Positions 15,782 through 25,442 of a stretch of 43,318 bases of DNA are shown piece by piece. Positions within the stretch are counted from its first letter, which is position 1. Each line of letters begins with the position of its first letter. A program made the position numbers and the translations under genes. The stretch is from Candidatus Methanosuratincola sp. GTDB lineage: Archaea > Thermoproteota > Methanomethylicia > Methanomethylicales > Methanomethylicaceae. The DNA is taken from assembly GCA_029907755.1 (NCBI GenBank), contig JARYLH010000001.1, positions 1 through 43,318 on the forward strand, in the 5' to 3' direction. The notes beneath the pieces are model-generated. The model did not search any database, was not told where the DNA came from, and worked only from the letters and a program-made list of their open reading frames with translations.

Positions 15782-17128
15782 ATGGTATTGGACAGCCTCA
15801 GCAGCTCTCTCGGGAATGCCATAAAGAAGATCCTTAGGACCCCTGTCGTCGACGAGAAGGCTGTGAAGGAACTGGTCAGAGACATCCAGCGCGCCCTTAT
15901 ACAGTCCGACGTAAATGTGAAGCTTGTTTCAGAGCTCTCGAAGAGGATCGAGAAGAGGATACTCGAGGAGGAGCTCCCGCCTGGCATCACAAGGAGGGAG
16001 CTCGCGGTCAAGGTCGTGTATGACGAGCTGACAGGTCTCCTTGGGGGCGAGAGGGCACAGCTTCCCAAGTACCAGAGAGGCAGGTCCACAGTGGTCCTGC
16101 TCGTGGGAATTCAGGGTTCAGGGAAGACCACAACAGCGTCGAAGCTTACATGGTTCCACAAGAAGCAGGGACTCTCTGTGGGCGTAGTCTGCGCCGACAA
16201 CTTCAGGGCCGGGGCGTACGACCAGCTCAAGCAGCTTGCGGACAGGTCTGGCGCGGAGTTCTACGGGGAGAAGGGGAACCCCAATGCTGTGGAAATCGCC
16301 AAGAACGGAGTGCAGAGGATGAAGGAGAAGGGGATCGAGCTCATAATTGTGGACACCGCCGGGAGGCACAAGAATGAGGGCGATCTAATAAACGAGATGA
16401 AGGAGATCGCCGAGGCGATCTCTCCGGACGAGATAATACTTGTCTTGGACGGCACTATAGGGCAGCAGGCCATGCAGCAGGCTGAGGCGTTCAACCAGGC
16501 GACCAAGATAGGAACCATCTTCCTGACGAAGCTGGACGGCTCTGCTAGGGGCGGGGGGGCACTCTCGGCGGTAGCGGCGACAGGGGCTCCGATAAGGTTC
16601 ATAGGGACTGGCGAAGGGATAGAAGAGATCGAGCCATTCAGCCCGCCTAGGTTCGTGGGCAGGCTCCTCGGGATGGGGGACATCGAGGCTCTGGTCGAGA
16701 AGGTCAAGGAGGTCCAGAAGACCACCTCAATGTCCAAGGACCTGAGTGCGATAGCTTCCGGGAGGTTCACACTGAAGGTCCTCTACAACCAGATGCAGGC
16801 GCTCAGGAGGATGGGGCCGTTGAGCAAGATCCTACAGTCAATACCCGGAATGGGGCTCAGCCTCCCAAAGGAGGCGATGGATCTCTCGGAGGAGAGGATG
16901 AAGAAGTGGATGGTCATAATGCAGTCCATGACCGAAGAAGAGCTCGAGGAGCCCCACATAATCGACGGGTCCAGGATGAGGAGGATTGCTAGAGGGTCGG
17001 GCACAACTCCCAAGGACATAAGGGAGCTGCTCGACCAGTACAAGATGAGCAAGAAGTTCGTCAAGCAGATGGTCACCAAACAGAAGAGATTTCCCGGAAT
17101 GAAGGGCGGACAGATCCCGAAGCACTAG
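15782..17128 (+). CDS. srp54: Signal recognition particle protein SRP54
   Basis: 'GIQGSGKTTT' P-loop, 'DTAGRH', 'TKLDGSARGG', and a Met-rich M domain. I trimmed the start to ATG 15782 ('MVLDSLSSSL'). Confidence 0.95.
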   Translation: MVLDSLSSSLGNAIKKILRTPVVDEKAVKELVRDIQRALIQSDVNVKLVSELSKRIEKRILEEELPPGITRRELAVKVVYDELTGLLGGERAQLPKYQRGRSTVVLLVGIQGSGKTTTASKLTWFHKKQGLSVGVVCADNFRAGAYDQLKQLADRSGAEFYGEKGNPNAVEIAKNGVQRMKEKGIELIIVDTAGRHKNEGDLINEMKEIAEAISPDEIILVLDGTIGQQAMQQAEAFNQATKIGTIFLTKLDGSARGGGALSAVAATGAPIRFIGTGEGIEEIEPFSPPRFVGRLLGMGDIEALVEKVKEVQKTTSMSKDLSAIASGRFTLKVLYNQMQALRRMGPLSKILQSIPGMGLSLPKEAMDLSEERMKKWMVIMQSMTEEELEEPHIIDGSRMRRIARGSGTTPKDIRELLDQYKMSKKFVKQMVTKQKRFPGMKGGQIPKH

Positions 17129-17138
17129 GGGCATTGCC

Positions 17139-17663
17139 TTGCGGAATTTCCTGCTTCTCGCGAGAAAGGCGGATCTCTCTGTCCACGGGGGACTGCTGAC
17201 CAGGTTCGTCGCAGGAGCCCTCCTGCTATCGCATGGGACCAGGAAGGACGTCTGGGCCGCGGTCCTTTTTGACGACGAGGTGCTGGTCAGTTTTGAAGGA
17301 TGGGGGATGAGGAATGTGAGGCCCGACGAGCAGTCACTCTCAGGGATTTTGAGGGCGGGTCTCAGGAGGGGGGAGGAGGGGGGCAGAACGAGGATACTCC
17401 AAGGGGTGATCGCGAAGAGGGCTAGGATCGAAGAGTTGGCACCGAGGCTCCAAGGCAAAAAATACTTTTTTGAGGGGCCGGGGAGCACGCACGGGATAGG
17501 GAGCGAGATCTCAGTGGTCTTCGGGTGCAGGGGGGTAGAGGCAGAGGTCGCCGATGGGCTGAGGAGGTCAGGCTTCGAGCCACTCCGCCTCGGTGTGAGG
17601 AAGATGACGGCGGATCAAGCTGCGGTGATCGTCAACAATGTGGTGGACAGGTCGCATCCTTAA
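17139..17663 (+). CDS. trmY: tRNA (pseudouridine54-N1)-methyltransferase TrmY-like (SPOUT, DUF358)
   Basis: 'LLLSHGTRKDV' and 'VRPDEQSLSGILRAGL' resemble the conserved TrmY blocks. It lies immediately upstream of Pus10. TTG start. Confidence 0.6.
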   Translation: MRNFLLLARKADLSVHGGLLTRFVAGALLLSHGTRKDVWAAVLFDDEVLVSFEGWGMRNVRPDEQSLSGILRAGLRRGEEGGRTRILQGVIAKRARIEELAPRLQGKKYFFEGPGSTHGIGSEISVVFGCRGVEAEVADGLRRSGFEPLRLGVRKMTADQAAVIVNNVVDRSHP

Positions 17664-17729
17664 GTGGAGGATCAAGGTTTATATCCACTTGCCCGGTGGA
17701 AGGTAATCACGAGTTCTCCGGTGTTGGCC

Positions 17730-19043
17730 ATGTCACTTATCGAGAAAGCAAGATCGATGCTCCTGAAGTACCCGCTCTGCGACAGCTGTTTGGGGAGGCA
17801 GTTCGGCGGGCTCGGCAGGGGGATCACAAACAGGGAGAGGGGCTTTGCGCTGAAGCTGGTGATTACCATGGAGGCGCACATGGGGCTCAAGAGGGGGGAG
17901 GGGTCCGAAGAAGAGGTACTGAGGGCACTTGCAGCAGGAGGCGCCCACCAACCTGCCGCAAACCTGGTAGGGGCAGAGGCTGGTGACGTCTGCCACATAT
18001 GCGGCGGGATAATGGAGAGGATTGGCGAGTACGCGGCGGAGGTAGTCAGGGCGCTTGATGGGTACGAGTACAGGACGTTCCTCATCGGCGTGAAGGTTTC
18101 CGGGGAGCTGGCCGAGCGTGAGGATGCGCTGAAGTCGGAGTTCGGAATCGAGTTCGGAGAGTCCATGAAAATGGAGACCAGCAGGGAGATCGGGAAGCTG
18201 GTTTCCAAGGCAACGGGGAGGGAGGTCGAGTTCTCAAAGCCCGACGTGGTCGTTACAGTTGGGATACCCGGGCCTGTGGTGGAGGTCAGTCCGATGCCCC
18301 TGTTCGTCTTCGGCAGGTACAGGAAGCTCGCCAGGGGCATACCCCAGTCGAAGTGGGACTGCGTACACTGCAGGGGGAAGGGGTGCGAGGTCTGCCACGG
18401 CACCGGAAAGATCTATCCGATATCTGTGGAGGAGATAGTGTGCGGGCCTATCCTCAGGGCAGCCGGGGGGAAGGAGACAAAGTTCCACGGGGCAGGCAGG
18501 GAGGACGTGGACGCGATAATGAGCGGGAACGGGAGGCCCTTCGTGGGCGAGGTCAGGGAGCCGAAGGTAAGAGAGCTGGATCTCAGGGCAGTCGAGGCAG
18601 AGATAAACAAAGGTGGGAACGGGATGGTGGAGGTCGTTGGGCTCAGGCTCTCGGACAGGAGGACTGTAAGGAGGCTCAAGGAGGGGGCCAAGGTTGCCGA
18701 GAAGGTCTATCGCGCCCTCGTTGAGCTGGACCGCGACATAGGCGAGGAAGAGGCCCGAGCGTTGGGGAAAAGCTTTAATGGATGTGTTATAAATCAATTA
18801 ACTCCGAACAGAGTGCTGCATCGCCGGGCTGACAGGCTCAGGCTCAAGAAGGTCTATGAGATGTCGATCAAGATGATCGACCCTAGGCACCTTGAGCTCG
18901 TTGTCCGCTGCCAGGGCGGGCTCTACGTTAAGGAGCTGATCTCAGGGGACGGGGGGAGGACGACCCCGAGCGTCTCGGAGATCCTTGGCTGCGGGGCGAG
19001 GTGCACTGAGCTCGACGTGATTGCGGTAAACGAGGGTGTGTAG
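17730..19043 (+). CDS. pus10: tRNA pseudouridine synthase Pus10 (psi54/psi55)
   Basis: N-terminal zinc motifs 'CDSCLGRQFG' and 'CHICGG', a THUMP-like middle region, and the catalytic region 'HGAGREDVD' and 'GLYVKELISGDGGRTTPS'. I trimmed the start to ATG 17730. Confidence 0.85.
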   Translation: MSLIEKARSMLLKYPLCDSCLGRQFGGLGRGITNRERGFALKLVITMEAHMGLKRGEGSEEEVLRALAAGGAHQPAANLVGAEAGDVCHICGGIMERIGEYAAEVVRALDGYEYRTFLIGVKVSGELAEREDALKSEFGIEFGESMKMETSREIGKLVSKATGREVEFSKPDVVVTVGIPGPVVEVSPMPLFVFGRYRKLARGIPQSKWDCVHCRGKGCEVCHGTGKIYPISVEEIVCGPILRAAGGKETKFHGAGREDVDAIMSGNGRPFVGEVREPKVRELDLRAVEAEINKGGNGMVEVVGLRLSDRRTVRRLKEGAKVAEKVYRALVELDRDIGEEEARALGKSFNGCVINQLTPNRVLHRRADRLRLKKVYEMSIKMIDPRHLELVVRCQGGLYVKELISGDGGRTTPSVSEILGCGARCTELDVIAVNEGV

Positions 19044-19045
19044 AG

Positions 19046-19342
19046 ATGAGGCATTCGGTTGGTTACAGGAACAGGACCAGAACCCTTCTTAAGAAGGGTC
19101 CGAGAGAGAGGGGACTATCCCCCATCAACAGGATACTCAGGGAGTATGCTGAGGGCGAGAAGGTCGTGATCAAGATAGACCCATCCACGGTCAAGGGGAT
19201 GCCGCACAGGAGGTTCCACGGGAGGACCGGCACTGTGGTCGAGAGCAGGGGCAGGGCATACGTGGTCAGGGTCCACATGGGCGGGTTCGAGAAGACTATC
19301 ATCGCAAGACCTGAGCACATAAAGCCAATAGAGGGGCAGTAA
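19046..19342 (+). CDS. rpl21e: 50S ribosomal protein L21e
   Basis: 'MRHSVGYRNRTRTLLKK...FHGRTGTV' is typical of L21e. 98 aa. Confidence 0.9.
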   Translation: MRHSVGYRNRTRTLLKKGPRERGLSPINRILREYAEGEKVVIKIDPSTVKGMPHRRFHGRTGTVVESRGRAYVVRVHMGGFEKTIIARPEHIKPIEGQ

Positions 19343-19672
19343 ATGCCCAGAGAGATTGTGAAGGAAGAAGAGGTTACACTCCCCAAGGTCAAAATGCTGC
19401 TGGAGCAGCGCCAGAAGGACGGGGAGCTGAGCCACCTCCAGAAGCTTACCTATGACTGCGCGTCCAAGTTCTCAAAGATAGATGCCGAGAAGGCAGACGC
19501 GCTCTTGGCTAGGCTGAAGGAGGAGGGCATTTCAGGGACGCTAGCGACGCAGATCGTAAACATCCTGCCTACGAGTGTCGAGGAGCTTAGGACGATATTT
19601 TCTGCAGAGAGCAGGCCCGTCCTTCCCTCCGAGCTCGAGAAGCTCCTGAGCATCATCAATATGTTCAGGTAA
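19343..19672 (+). CDS. rpoF: DNA-directed RNA polymerase subunit Rpo4 (RpoF)
   Basis: 109 aa. Its position directly after L21e is conserved synteny. It has the helical HRDC-like pattern 'ATQIVNILPTSVEELRTIF'. Confidence 0.8.
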   Translation: MPREIVKEEEVTLPKVKMLLEQRQKDGELSHLQKLTYDCASKFSKIDAEKADALLARLKEEGISGTLATQIVNILPTSVEELRTIFSAESRPVLPSELEKLLSIINMFR

Positions 19673-19734
19673 GTCTATAACTATTTTAATACGCTCAATA
19701 ATGTAAATAGAGCAATTGAAGAACGGTGAGGTTT

Positions 19735-20325
19735 ATGAGCAGCCCGAGGGATCAGCCGAGAAAGTTTGAGGACTTCGCTGTGGTCCTGGAGCACCTCCCC
19801 TACGGACATCCGAGAGACACCAGGCCCCTATACAGGAGGGAGCCGCTGGTCCAAGCAGTAGGGACGGAGTACTTTACACTCCTCGAGCTGATCCCGGTCC
19901 CGGGGGCGTCCTTCCAGCACAGGGAGCTAATAGCGATAGGGAAGTGGGGCAGGGACAAGATTGACCACGTGAAGAGGAGGATCGACTACGAAGAGCTCAC
20001 CCAGAATGCCAAGGACGAGCTCCCGAGCGTCATAGAAGAGCTCGTGACCAAAAACACGGAGAGGTTCGTTTCGTTCTTCAACAACGCGGGCCCGGTCACC
20101 ACCAGAATGCACTCGCTTGAGCTGCTCCCAGGGATTGGCAAGAAGGCGATGTGGCAGATCCTCGAGGAGAGGAAGAAAGGACCCTTCGCAAGCTTCGACG
20201 ACATCCAGAGCAGAACGCGCATACCGGATCCGAAGAAGACGGTCGTGAAGAGGATAATGCAGGAGATAATGAACGAGGACAAGTACTACATCTTCACAAA
20301 GCCGCCGATGAGGAAGGAATTCTGA
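19735..20325 (+). CDS. DUF655-family archaeal protein (OB plus helix-hairpin-helix, putative nucleic-acid binding)
   Basis: Its position in the conserved L21e-RpoF-DUF655-KsgA cluster, plus 'LELLPGIGKKAMWQILEER' as an HhH motif. ATG 19735. Confidence 0.7.
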   Translation: MSSPRDQPRKFEDFAVVLEHLPYGHPRDTRPLYRREPLVQAVGTEYFTLLELIPVPGASFQHRELIAIGKWGRDKIDHVKRRIDYEELTQNAKDELPSVIEELVTKNTERFVSFFNNAGPVTTRMHSLELLPGIGKKAMWQILEERKKGPFASFDDIQSRTRIPDPKKTVVKRIMQEIMNEDKYYIFTKPPMRKEF

Positions 20326-20327
20326 TC

Positions 20328-21194
20328 TTGATCGACCGGTCGCTTCTAGCGATCACAAAGAGGGCGTTGGAGGAGGCGGGCATAAGGCCGCGCAAAGCCC
20401 GTGGTCAGAACTACGTCGTGGACCGCGCGCTCATCAGGTGTCTGGTGGACTCTGCGGGGATCTCCGGGGATGAGACCGTGCTCGAGATCGGGCCAGGTAT
20501 CGGCACGCTGACAGAGGAGATCAGCAAGAGGGCTGGCAGGGTCATAGCCGTCGAGAGCGACCCGGCATCCGCAAAATATCTGGCGGGCAAGTTCTCTGGT
20601 TCTAACGTGGAGATCGTCCAGGCAGACATCCTGCGGATCGACATTCCGGAGGCGGACAAGGTCGTCTCGAACCTTCCCTACGCGATATCGACCCCTATAA
20701 CTTTCAAGCTCCTCTCGGATAGGGGCTTCAGGTTCGGGGTGTTCACTTACCAAAAGGAAGTTGCGGACAGGCTTCGGGCAAAGCCATCTGACCCAGACTA
20801 CTCGAGGCTGAGTGTGGCAGTATCGCTACTGGCCGAGGTCAGGGCAGTCGCCAACTTCCCTCCGGAGTCGTTTTACCCTGCCCCGAGCGTCGAAAGCACG
20901 GTTGTGGCCATAAAAAAGACAGGGGCGCCCAAGGCGGCAGAGTGGGCGGCGCTGGACGCCACGCTCAAATTCCTATTCTCCCAGAGGAGGAGGACCCTCA
21001 GAAAGGCCCTTGAGACGCTCTCCAAGTCGACAGGCATCGGGAGGGGTGCGCTTGAGGGCGGCAGCAGGGGCAGCCTGCTCGATAAGAGGGTCTTCGAGCT
21101 CAGCCCGAGCGATTTCTTGGAGATGAGCAGAGTCTTTTCGAGATGGGGGGAGGGCGGCGTTGAGGATAAGGGGGCTCGAGATACGAGTCTTTGA
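20328..21194 (+). CDS. ksgA: 16S rRNA (adenine1518/1519-N6)-dimethyltransferase KsgA/Dim1
   Basis: 'GQNYVVD', 'VLEIGPGIGTLT' and 'VVSNLPYAISTPI'. I placed the start at in-frame TTG 20328, just after the DUF655 stop. The track's 5' extension overlaps DUF655. Confidence 0.85.
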   Translation: MIDRSLLAITKRALEEAGIRPRKARGQNYVVDRALIRCLVDSAGISGDETVLEIGPGIGTLTEEISKRAGRVIAVESDPASAKYLAGKFSGSNVEIVQADILRIDIPEADKVVSNLPYAISTPITFKLLSDRGFRFGVFTYQKEVADRLRAKPSDPDYSRLSVAVSLLAEVRAVANFPPESFYPAPSVESTVVAIKKTGAPKAAEWAALDATLKFLFSQRRRTLRKALETLSKSTGIGRGALEGGSRGSLLDKRVFELSPSDFLEMSRVFSRWGEGGVEDKGARDTSL

Positions 21195-21762
21195 GGGGGT
21201 GTACCCTCCTTCAGAGGACACCTTCCTGCTGATGGACGCGGTGAGCGGGGAGAAGGCTGAAAGAGGGCTCGAGCTCTGTTCCGGAACGGGCGCTGTCGGG
21301 CTGAGCATAGCCAGCCGCGTAGGGGGCATGGTCGCGGTTGACCTGAACCCGGTGGCTGCGATGAATACACTCGCAAACTACAGGAGGAACGGGATGCAGG
21401 TCCATGTGGTCGTCGGCGACCTCTTCTCGCCAATTCGCGGCGAGTTCGACCTGATAATGATGAACCCCCCTTACCTCCCTGATGGGGACGGGACCCCGGC
21501 TGATCTATCCTGGAGCGGCGGGGCGTCAGGCAGGGCGATCATAGACAGGTTCATCTCAGAGGTCGGAGATTTCCTGAGCCCGGGGGGGAGGGCATACATG
21601 CTCCAGTCAAGCCTCAATGGGATAGTGGAGAGCATAGAGAGGGCGGAGTCGGAAGGGCTTGATGCCAAGGTGGTGGGGCGCAGGGATTTCGAATTCGAGA
21701 GCCTTGTGGTGATAAGGATGGAGCGGATGGGGCAAGGTTCAACTAGAATATGGAAAAGCTAA
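21160..21762 (+). CDS. HemK/Mtq2-like N5-glutamine (release factor) methyltransferase
   Basis: 'VYPPSEDTFLL', 'LELCSGTGAVG' and the catalytic 'MMNPPYLP' (NPPY). TTG start overlaps the ksgA 3' end. Confidence 0.75.
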   Translation: MRIRGLEIRVFEGVYPPSEDTFLLMDAVSGEKAERGLELCSGTGAVGLSIASRVGGMVAVDLNPVAAMNTLANYRRNGMQVHVVVGDLFSPIRGEFDLIMMNPPYLPDGDGTPADLSWSGGASGRAIIDRFISEVGDFLSPGGRAYMLQSSLNGIVESIERAESEGLDAKVVGRRDFEFESLVVIRMERMGQGSTRIWKS

Positions 21763-21809
21763 AATACTAAGGATTTCACTTCCATCTGGAAGTGTTCGGA
21801 GGAATAATC

Positions 21810-22310
21810 ATGCCAGAGAGACCGGCACACTGCTACCGGTATTTCGACACGCCGGCTTACACCAGAAAGGAGTACATCAGGGGCGTCCCTGGGTCGAAGA
21901 TCACCAAGTTCGATTATGGGGATCCGAACGGCGACTTCCAGGCACTCGTCAGGCTGATCCCGCTGGAGGCTGGACAGATCAGGCACAATGCGCTTGAGGC
22001 CGCGAGAGTGATCGCGACCAAGCACCTGCAGACCGTCCTGGGCGAAAAGGGCTTCCACCTGAAGGTCAGGGCATACCCGCACCAGGTACTCAGGGAAAAC
22101 AAGATGATGGCATTCGCAGGGGCGGACAGGCTTCAGGACGGGATGAGGAGGTCCTTCGGGAAACCGGCTGGCACCGCTGCCAGGTTCAGGGCGCTGCAGC
22201 CCATAATTGACGTCAGGGTCACTCCAGACAAGAAGGATGTGGCAAAGCAGGCGCTGAAGCTAGCTTGCGCTAAGATGCCAATGCCCTGCAGGGTAGTTGA
22301 AGTGGCCTGA
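21810..22310 (+). CDS. rpl10e: 50S ribosomal protein L10e (uL16)
   Basis: 'MPERPAHCYRYFDTPAYTRKEYIRGVPGSKI'. ATG 21810 is preceded by GGAGG. Confidence 0.9.
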   Translation: MPERPAHCYRYFDTPAYTRKEYIRGVPGSKITKFDYGDPNGDFQALVRLIPLEAGQIRHNALEAARVIATKHLQTVLGEKGFHLKVRAYPHQVLRENKMMAFAGADRLQDGMRRSFGKPAGTAARFRALQPIIDVRVTPDKKDVAKQALKLACAKMPMPCRVVEVA

Positions 22311-22382
22311 AGGGCAGAAAGCCCCCTCGTCCCATTTTAAGCCCCCGTCAGACAGCCCCTGTTTTTTGAGGGTGAGGAAGAA

Positions 22383-23348
22383 GTGTACGATTTTGAAGTC
22401 GAGAGGGCGGCTGGGGAGGTGACTAGCAGGGGGGCAAAGAGGGTTTTTGTACAGGCCCCCGATGGGCTGAAGCAGTTCCTCGCGGAGTTCGTCTCGAGGC
22501 TTTCACAGTTCTGCGAGGTCTACATCTCAATAAACCCATGCTACGGGGGGTGCGATTTGGAGGACGACAGGGCCGCAATGATTGGTGCGGACATGGTGAT
22601 CCACATAGGGCACAAAAAGTTCATCGAGGGGGCAGAGAAGATTCACACAATTTACCTGCCGGCCCCTCACCTGGTTGATGTCAAGGACCTCGCCAGCCTG
22701 GCGGCGTCCGAATTGAAGAAGAGGGGCTTCAGAAGGGTCGGGGTTCTCGCGAATGTCCAGCACATCGAGTATGTTGGAGAGTTCGCAAGTGCACTGGAGG
22801 CTGCAGGGCTTGTGCCAGTTGTCGACAGGCAGACAGGCGGGCTTGTGCTTGGCTGCCGGACTGGCGGAGCGAAGAGGATAGAAGGCGAGGTGGACGCGTT
22901 CCTATTCATAGGAGGGGGGGAGTTCCACCCTCTCGGTGTCGCGATGGATGTGGAAAAGGAGGTCTTTGTAGCGGATCCCTACAGAAACGAGTTGAGGGGC
23001 ACCGCCGAGATCATGAAAAAGACTCTTTCGCGGCGATGGTGGGCAATAATGGAGGCCGCGAAGACCAAGCGTTTTGGGGTCATCGTGGTGACGAAGCCCG
23101 GACAGTTAAGCGTGCGCTCTGCCGAAAAAATTGCTGCGGAGCTTAGGGCGGCCGGCAAGGAGGTGCATCTTCTAGTGGGGGATGACGTTGGCCCCGAGAG
23201 GCTTGCGTCACTCCCATTCATAGAATCCTTCATCGTAACCGGATGCCCGAGGATCGCGACGGATTCCCAGCAGGACCCGAACAGGCCAGTCCTGAACGAG
23301 GCTGAGGCATGGAAGATGATCGAGATCATCAAGCAGGCGAAGAAGTAA
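22383..23348 (+). CDS. dph2: 2-(3-amino-3-carboxypropyl)histidine synthase Dph2 (diphthamide biosynthesis)
   Basis: 321 aa. The N-terminus 'YDFEVERAAGEVTSRGAKRVFVQAPDGLK' and three-domain layout with conserved Cys ('CYGGCD', 'GCP') are typical of archaeal Dph2. GTG start. Confidence 0.8.
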   Translation: MYDFEVERAAGEVTSRGAKRVFVQAPDGLKQFLAEFVSRLSQFCEVYISINPCYGGCDLEDDRAAMIGADMVIHIGHKKFIEGAEKIHTIYLPAPHLVDVKDLASLAASELKKRGFRRVGVLANVQHIEYVGEFASALEAAGLVPVVDRQTGGLVLGCRTGGAKRIEGEVDAFLFIGGGEFHPLGVAMDVEKEVFVADPYRNELRGTAEIMKKTLSRRWWAIMEAAKTKRFGVIVVTKPGQLSVRSAEKIAAELRAAGKEVHLLVGDDVGPERLASLPFIESFIVTGCPRIATDSQQDPNRPVLNEAEAWKMIEIIKQAKK

Positions 23349-23365
23349 GCGGTTGGAGGATCGCA

Positions 23366-24049
23366 ATGGCGGAGCCTTCAGGCAGCGGGCTTGAGGGGCG
23401 GCATCCCCCCAGGTCGAAGAGAGAGCTCGAGATCCTTCTCGAGACGATCAGAGAGTTCGAGGGACCGAATATTGCTTACGAGCAGTACAGGCTTCCGGCG
23501 CAGCTTGCCGCTGAAGTCATATGGTACATCGAGATGAGACACCGGGACATCCAGGGAAAGCGGATCGTCGACCTCGGGTGCGGGACTGGGATGCTCACAG
23601 CCGGGGCTGCGCTGATGGGGGCGGATTACGTCGTCGGGGTCGACATCGACATCGGATCGATCCTCAAGGCTAAGGAGGCCTGTAAGGCGCTCTCTTTGGC
23701 TTCTGCCGTGGACTTTGTCAACTCAGAGGTCAGCATGCTCGAGCTTGATGCCGACGTGGTTGTCCAGAACCCCCCGTTTGGGGTCCGTGTGAGGGGCGCG
23801 GACAGGGCTTTCATCCGCAAGAGCCTGGAGATCGCCTCCAAGGTCTACTCGATACACAAGGGGGGCGAGGCGGTGATGGGGTTTGTATCAGCATTCGTGG
23901 CGGAGTGCGGCGGTCGCATCGATGAAGTAGTTCCGTTAAAGATAAAACTCTCGCCGACCTATCACTTCCATAAAAAGAGATCATATGCCTTTGAGGCTCA
24001 TCTATTCAGGATCGTGAGGGACAGGCAGACATGTCTAAAACAAAGATAG
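23366..24049 (+). CDS. METTL5-like class I SAM methyltransferase (putative rRNA N6-adenine MTase)
   Basis: 'YEQYRLPAQLAA', 'VDLGCGTGMLT' and 'VVQNPPFG' (NPPF). I trimmed the start to ATG 23366. Confidence 0.65.
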   Translation: MAEPSGSGLEGRHPPRSKRELEILLETIREFEGPNIAYEQYRLPAQLAAEVIWYIEMRHRDIQGKRIVDLGCGTGMLTAGAALMGADYVVGVDIDIGSILKAKEACKALSLASAVDFVNSEVSMLELDADVVVQNPPFGVRVRGADRAFIRKSLEIASKVYSIHKGGEAVMGFVSAFVAECGGRIDEVVPLKIKLSPTYHFHKKRSYAFEAHLFRIVRDRQTCLKQR

Positions 24050-24585
24050 TTTCTCCCGGGGAGAAGCTCGGGGTCATCGAAGAGTATATGCCGGGTAGCG
24101 GCACATACGAGGAGGACGGCAAGATCTTTTCCAGCATGGCAGGGGAGGTCGAGGTTGACGCCAAGAACAGGAGTGTAGGCGTGGTCCCAGGCAGGAGGGC
24201 CTCGGTGCCCGAGGTCGGCGACACGGTCGAGGGGGTAGTGGTTGGGATGAAGGAGGACGTCGCGCTTGTGAAGATCGTGGAGATAAAGGGGAAGAGGCCG
24301 CTGACAGGGGACTTCTCGGCGCAGCTGCACGTCTCGCAGGTTTCGAAGGACTACACCAAGAGCATATTCGACGCCGTGAACCTGAATGACAGGATCCTTG
24401 CGAAGGTCACGACCGGATGGGCTCCCTACCAGCTATCGACGGTAGAGGATGATCTGGGAGTGATTTACGCCACCTGCACGAAGTGCGGCGGTGACCTCGT
24501 GCTCAAGAAGGGGAAGCTCTACTGCACCAATGACAATATATCGGAGAAGAAGAAGATATCAAGGCTATATCTTCTGAAGGAGTAG
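24031..24585 (+). CDS. csl4: Exosome complex RNA-binding subunit Csl4
   Basis: N-terminus 'VSPGEKLGVIEEYMPGSGTY', an S1 domain, and the C-terminal zinc ribbon 'CTKCGGDLVLKKGKLYC'. Confidence 0.8.
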   Translation: MSKTKIVSPGEKLGVIEEYMPGSGTYEEDGKIFSSMAGEVEVDAKNRSVGVVPGRRASVPEVGDTVEGVVVGMKEDVALVKIVEIKGKRPLTGDFSAQLHVSQVSKDYTKSIFDAVNLNDRILAKVTTGWAPYQLSTVEDDLGVIYATCTKCGGDLVLKKGKLYCTNDNISEKKKISRLYLLKE

Positions 24586-24592
24586 AGTCGGT

Positions 24593-24868
24593 ATGAAGGT
24601 CAAAGTCATCAGCGAAGGGAAGAACAGGCTCGAGGTGGAGATACCAGGGGAGGATCACACGCTTGGCAACTACCTCAGGGCGACACTGCTCTCGGTCAAG
24701 GGCGTGAAGCAGGCAGGATACGACATAATCCACCCGCTGACCGGGGGGATAAGGGTGGTAGTGGTGACGGAGGAGGGTGTTGCGCCGCGGGCGGCGGTCG
24801 CGGAGGCCCTGAGCAGGATGGGCAGGGAAGTCGAGGAGTTTAAGGAGAAGGTAAAGTCAAGCGCGTGA
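24593..24868 (+). CDS. rpoL: DNA-directed RNA polymerase subunit Rpo11 (RpoL)
   Basis: 'LEVEIPGEDHTLGNYLRATLLSVKGVKQAGYDIIHPL'. 91 aa. Confidence 0.85.
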   Translation: MKVKVISEGKNRLEVEIPGEDHTLGNYLRATLLSVKGVKQAGYDIIHPLTGGIRVVVVTEEGVAPRAAVAEALSRMGREVEEFKEKVKSSA

Positions 24869-24926
24869 GCCCCCATAAGGGCCGCAAACTATTGCAAGGA
24901 GCGGGATCCATCCGGCAGCCACCTGG

Positions 24927-24960
24927 TTGTTTTTGCTTTGTTTTGTTTTGTTTTATTTTG
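24927..24960. repeat. T-rich pentanucleotide tract, degenerate (GTTTT)n
   Basis: 'TTGTTTTTGCTTTGTTTTGTTTTGTTTTATTTTG', read directly. It lies downstream of rpoL and probably acts as an oligo-T terminator. Confidence 0.6.
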
Positions 24961-25037
24961 CCCATAAGATATTTTTGGAAGCCAGGGGTTATTCGGTTCG
25001 TGCGGTGAAAACTTTGGGGGAAGCCCCAGACAAGGAC

Positions 25038-25442
25038 ATGTACGAGACGATCCAGACCCTCTCGAAGGACAAGGGGCTCTCCAGGCTCGGGGACTCGTTC
25101 GTAAACCTCGTCTACTCATCCGCAAAGTCCAGGTCTTCAGGAAGACCGTTCGGAGGCAAAGTGCCAGACAAGATCCTCTCGAGGTCGCTCTCGATTTCAG
25201 GAGTGAAGTTTCCGACCCGGCTCAACCACGGGGAGCGGGGGGACATCGTCGAGGGGGCGCTTGCCTATGCATGGACAAAGGACCTCCTCACGCTCGAAGA
25301 GGCTGTGGGTGTGCTCGAGGCGGGGCTAAGGGGGGTGAAGTGCGAGAGCAGACGCGAGGAGGAAGAGGCTGCAGTCAAGGCATTCTCGGTGCTCTTCTTG
25401 ACAGCTATGAGGAGAATCTGCGATCATGGCACGGGGGCGTGA
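25038..25442 (+). CDS. Hypothetical protein, possibly archaeal RNase III-like fold
   Basis: 'LSRLGDSFVNLVYS' is reminiscent of the RNase III/mini-III 'LGDA' signature helix, which is weak evidence. I trimmed the start to ATG 25038. Confidence 0.35.
   Translation: MYETIQTLSKDKGLSRLGDSFVNLVYSSAKSRSSGRPFGGKVPDKILSRSLSISGVKFPTRLNHGERGDIVEGALAYAWTKDLLTLEEAVGVLEAGLRGVKCESRREEEEAAVKAFSVLFLTAMRRICDHGTGA

Noticed and set aside
17672-18403. 243-aa minus-strand ORF inside pus10
   Set aside because: It is an antisense shadow ORF with Ser/Pro-rich composition.
20151-20327. 5' extension of the KsgA ORF as given in the track
   Set aside because: The extension overlaps the DUF655 gene in another frame and encodes an Arg/Glu-rich non-homologous segment. 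In-frame TTG 20328, right after the DUF655 stop, gives a normal-length KsgA.
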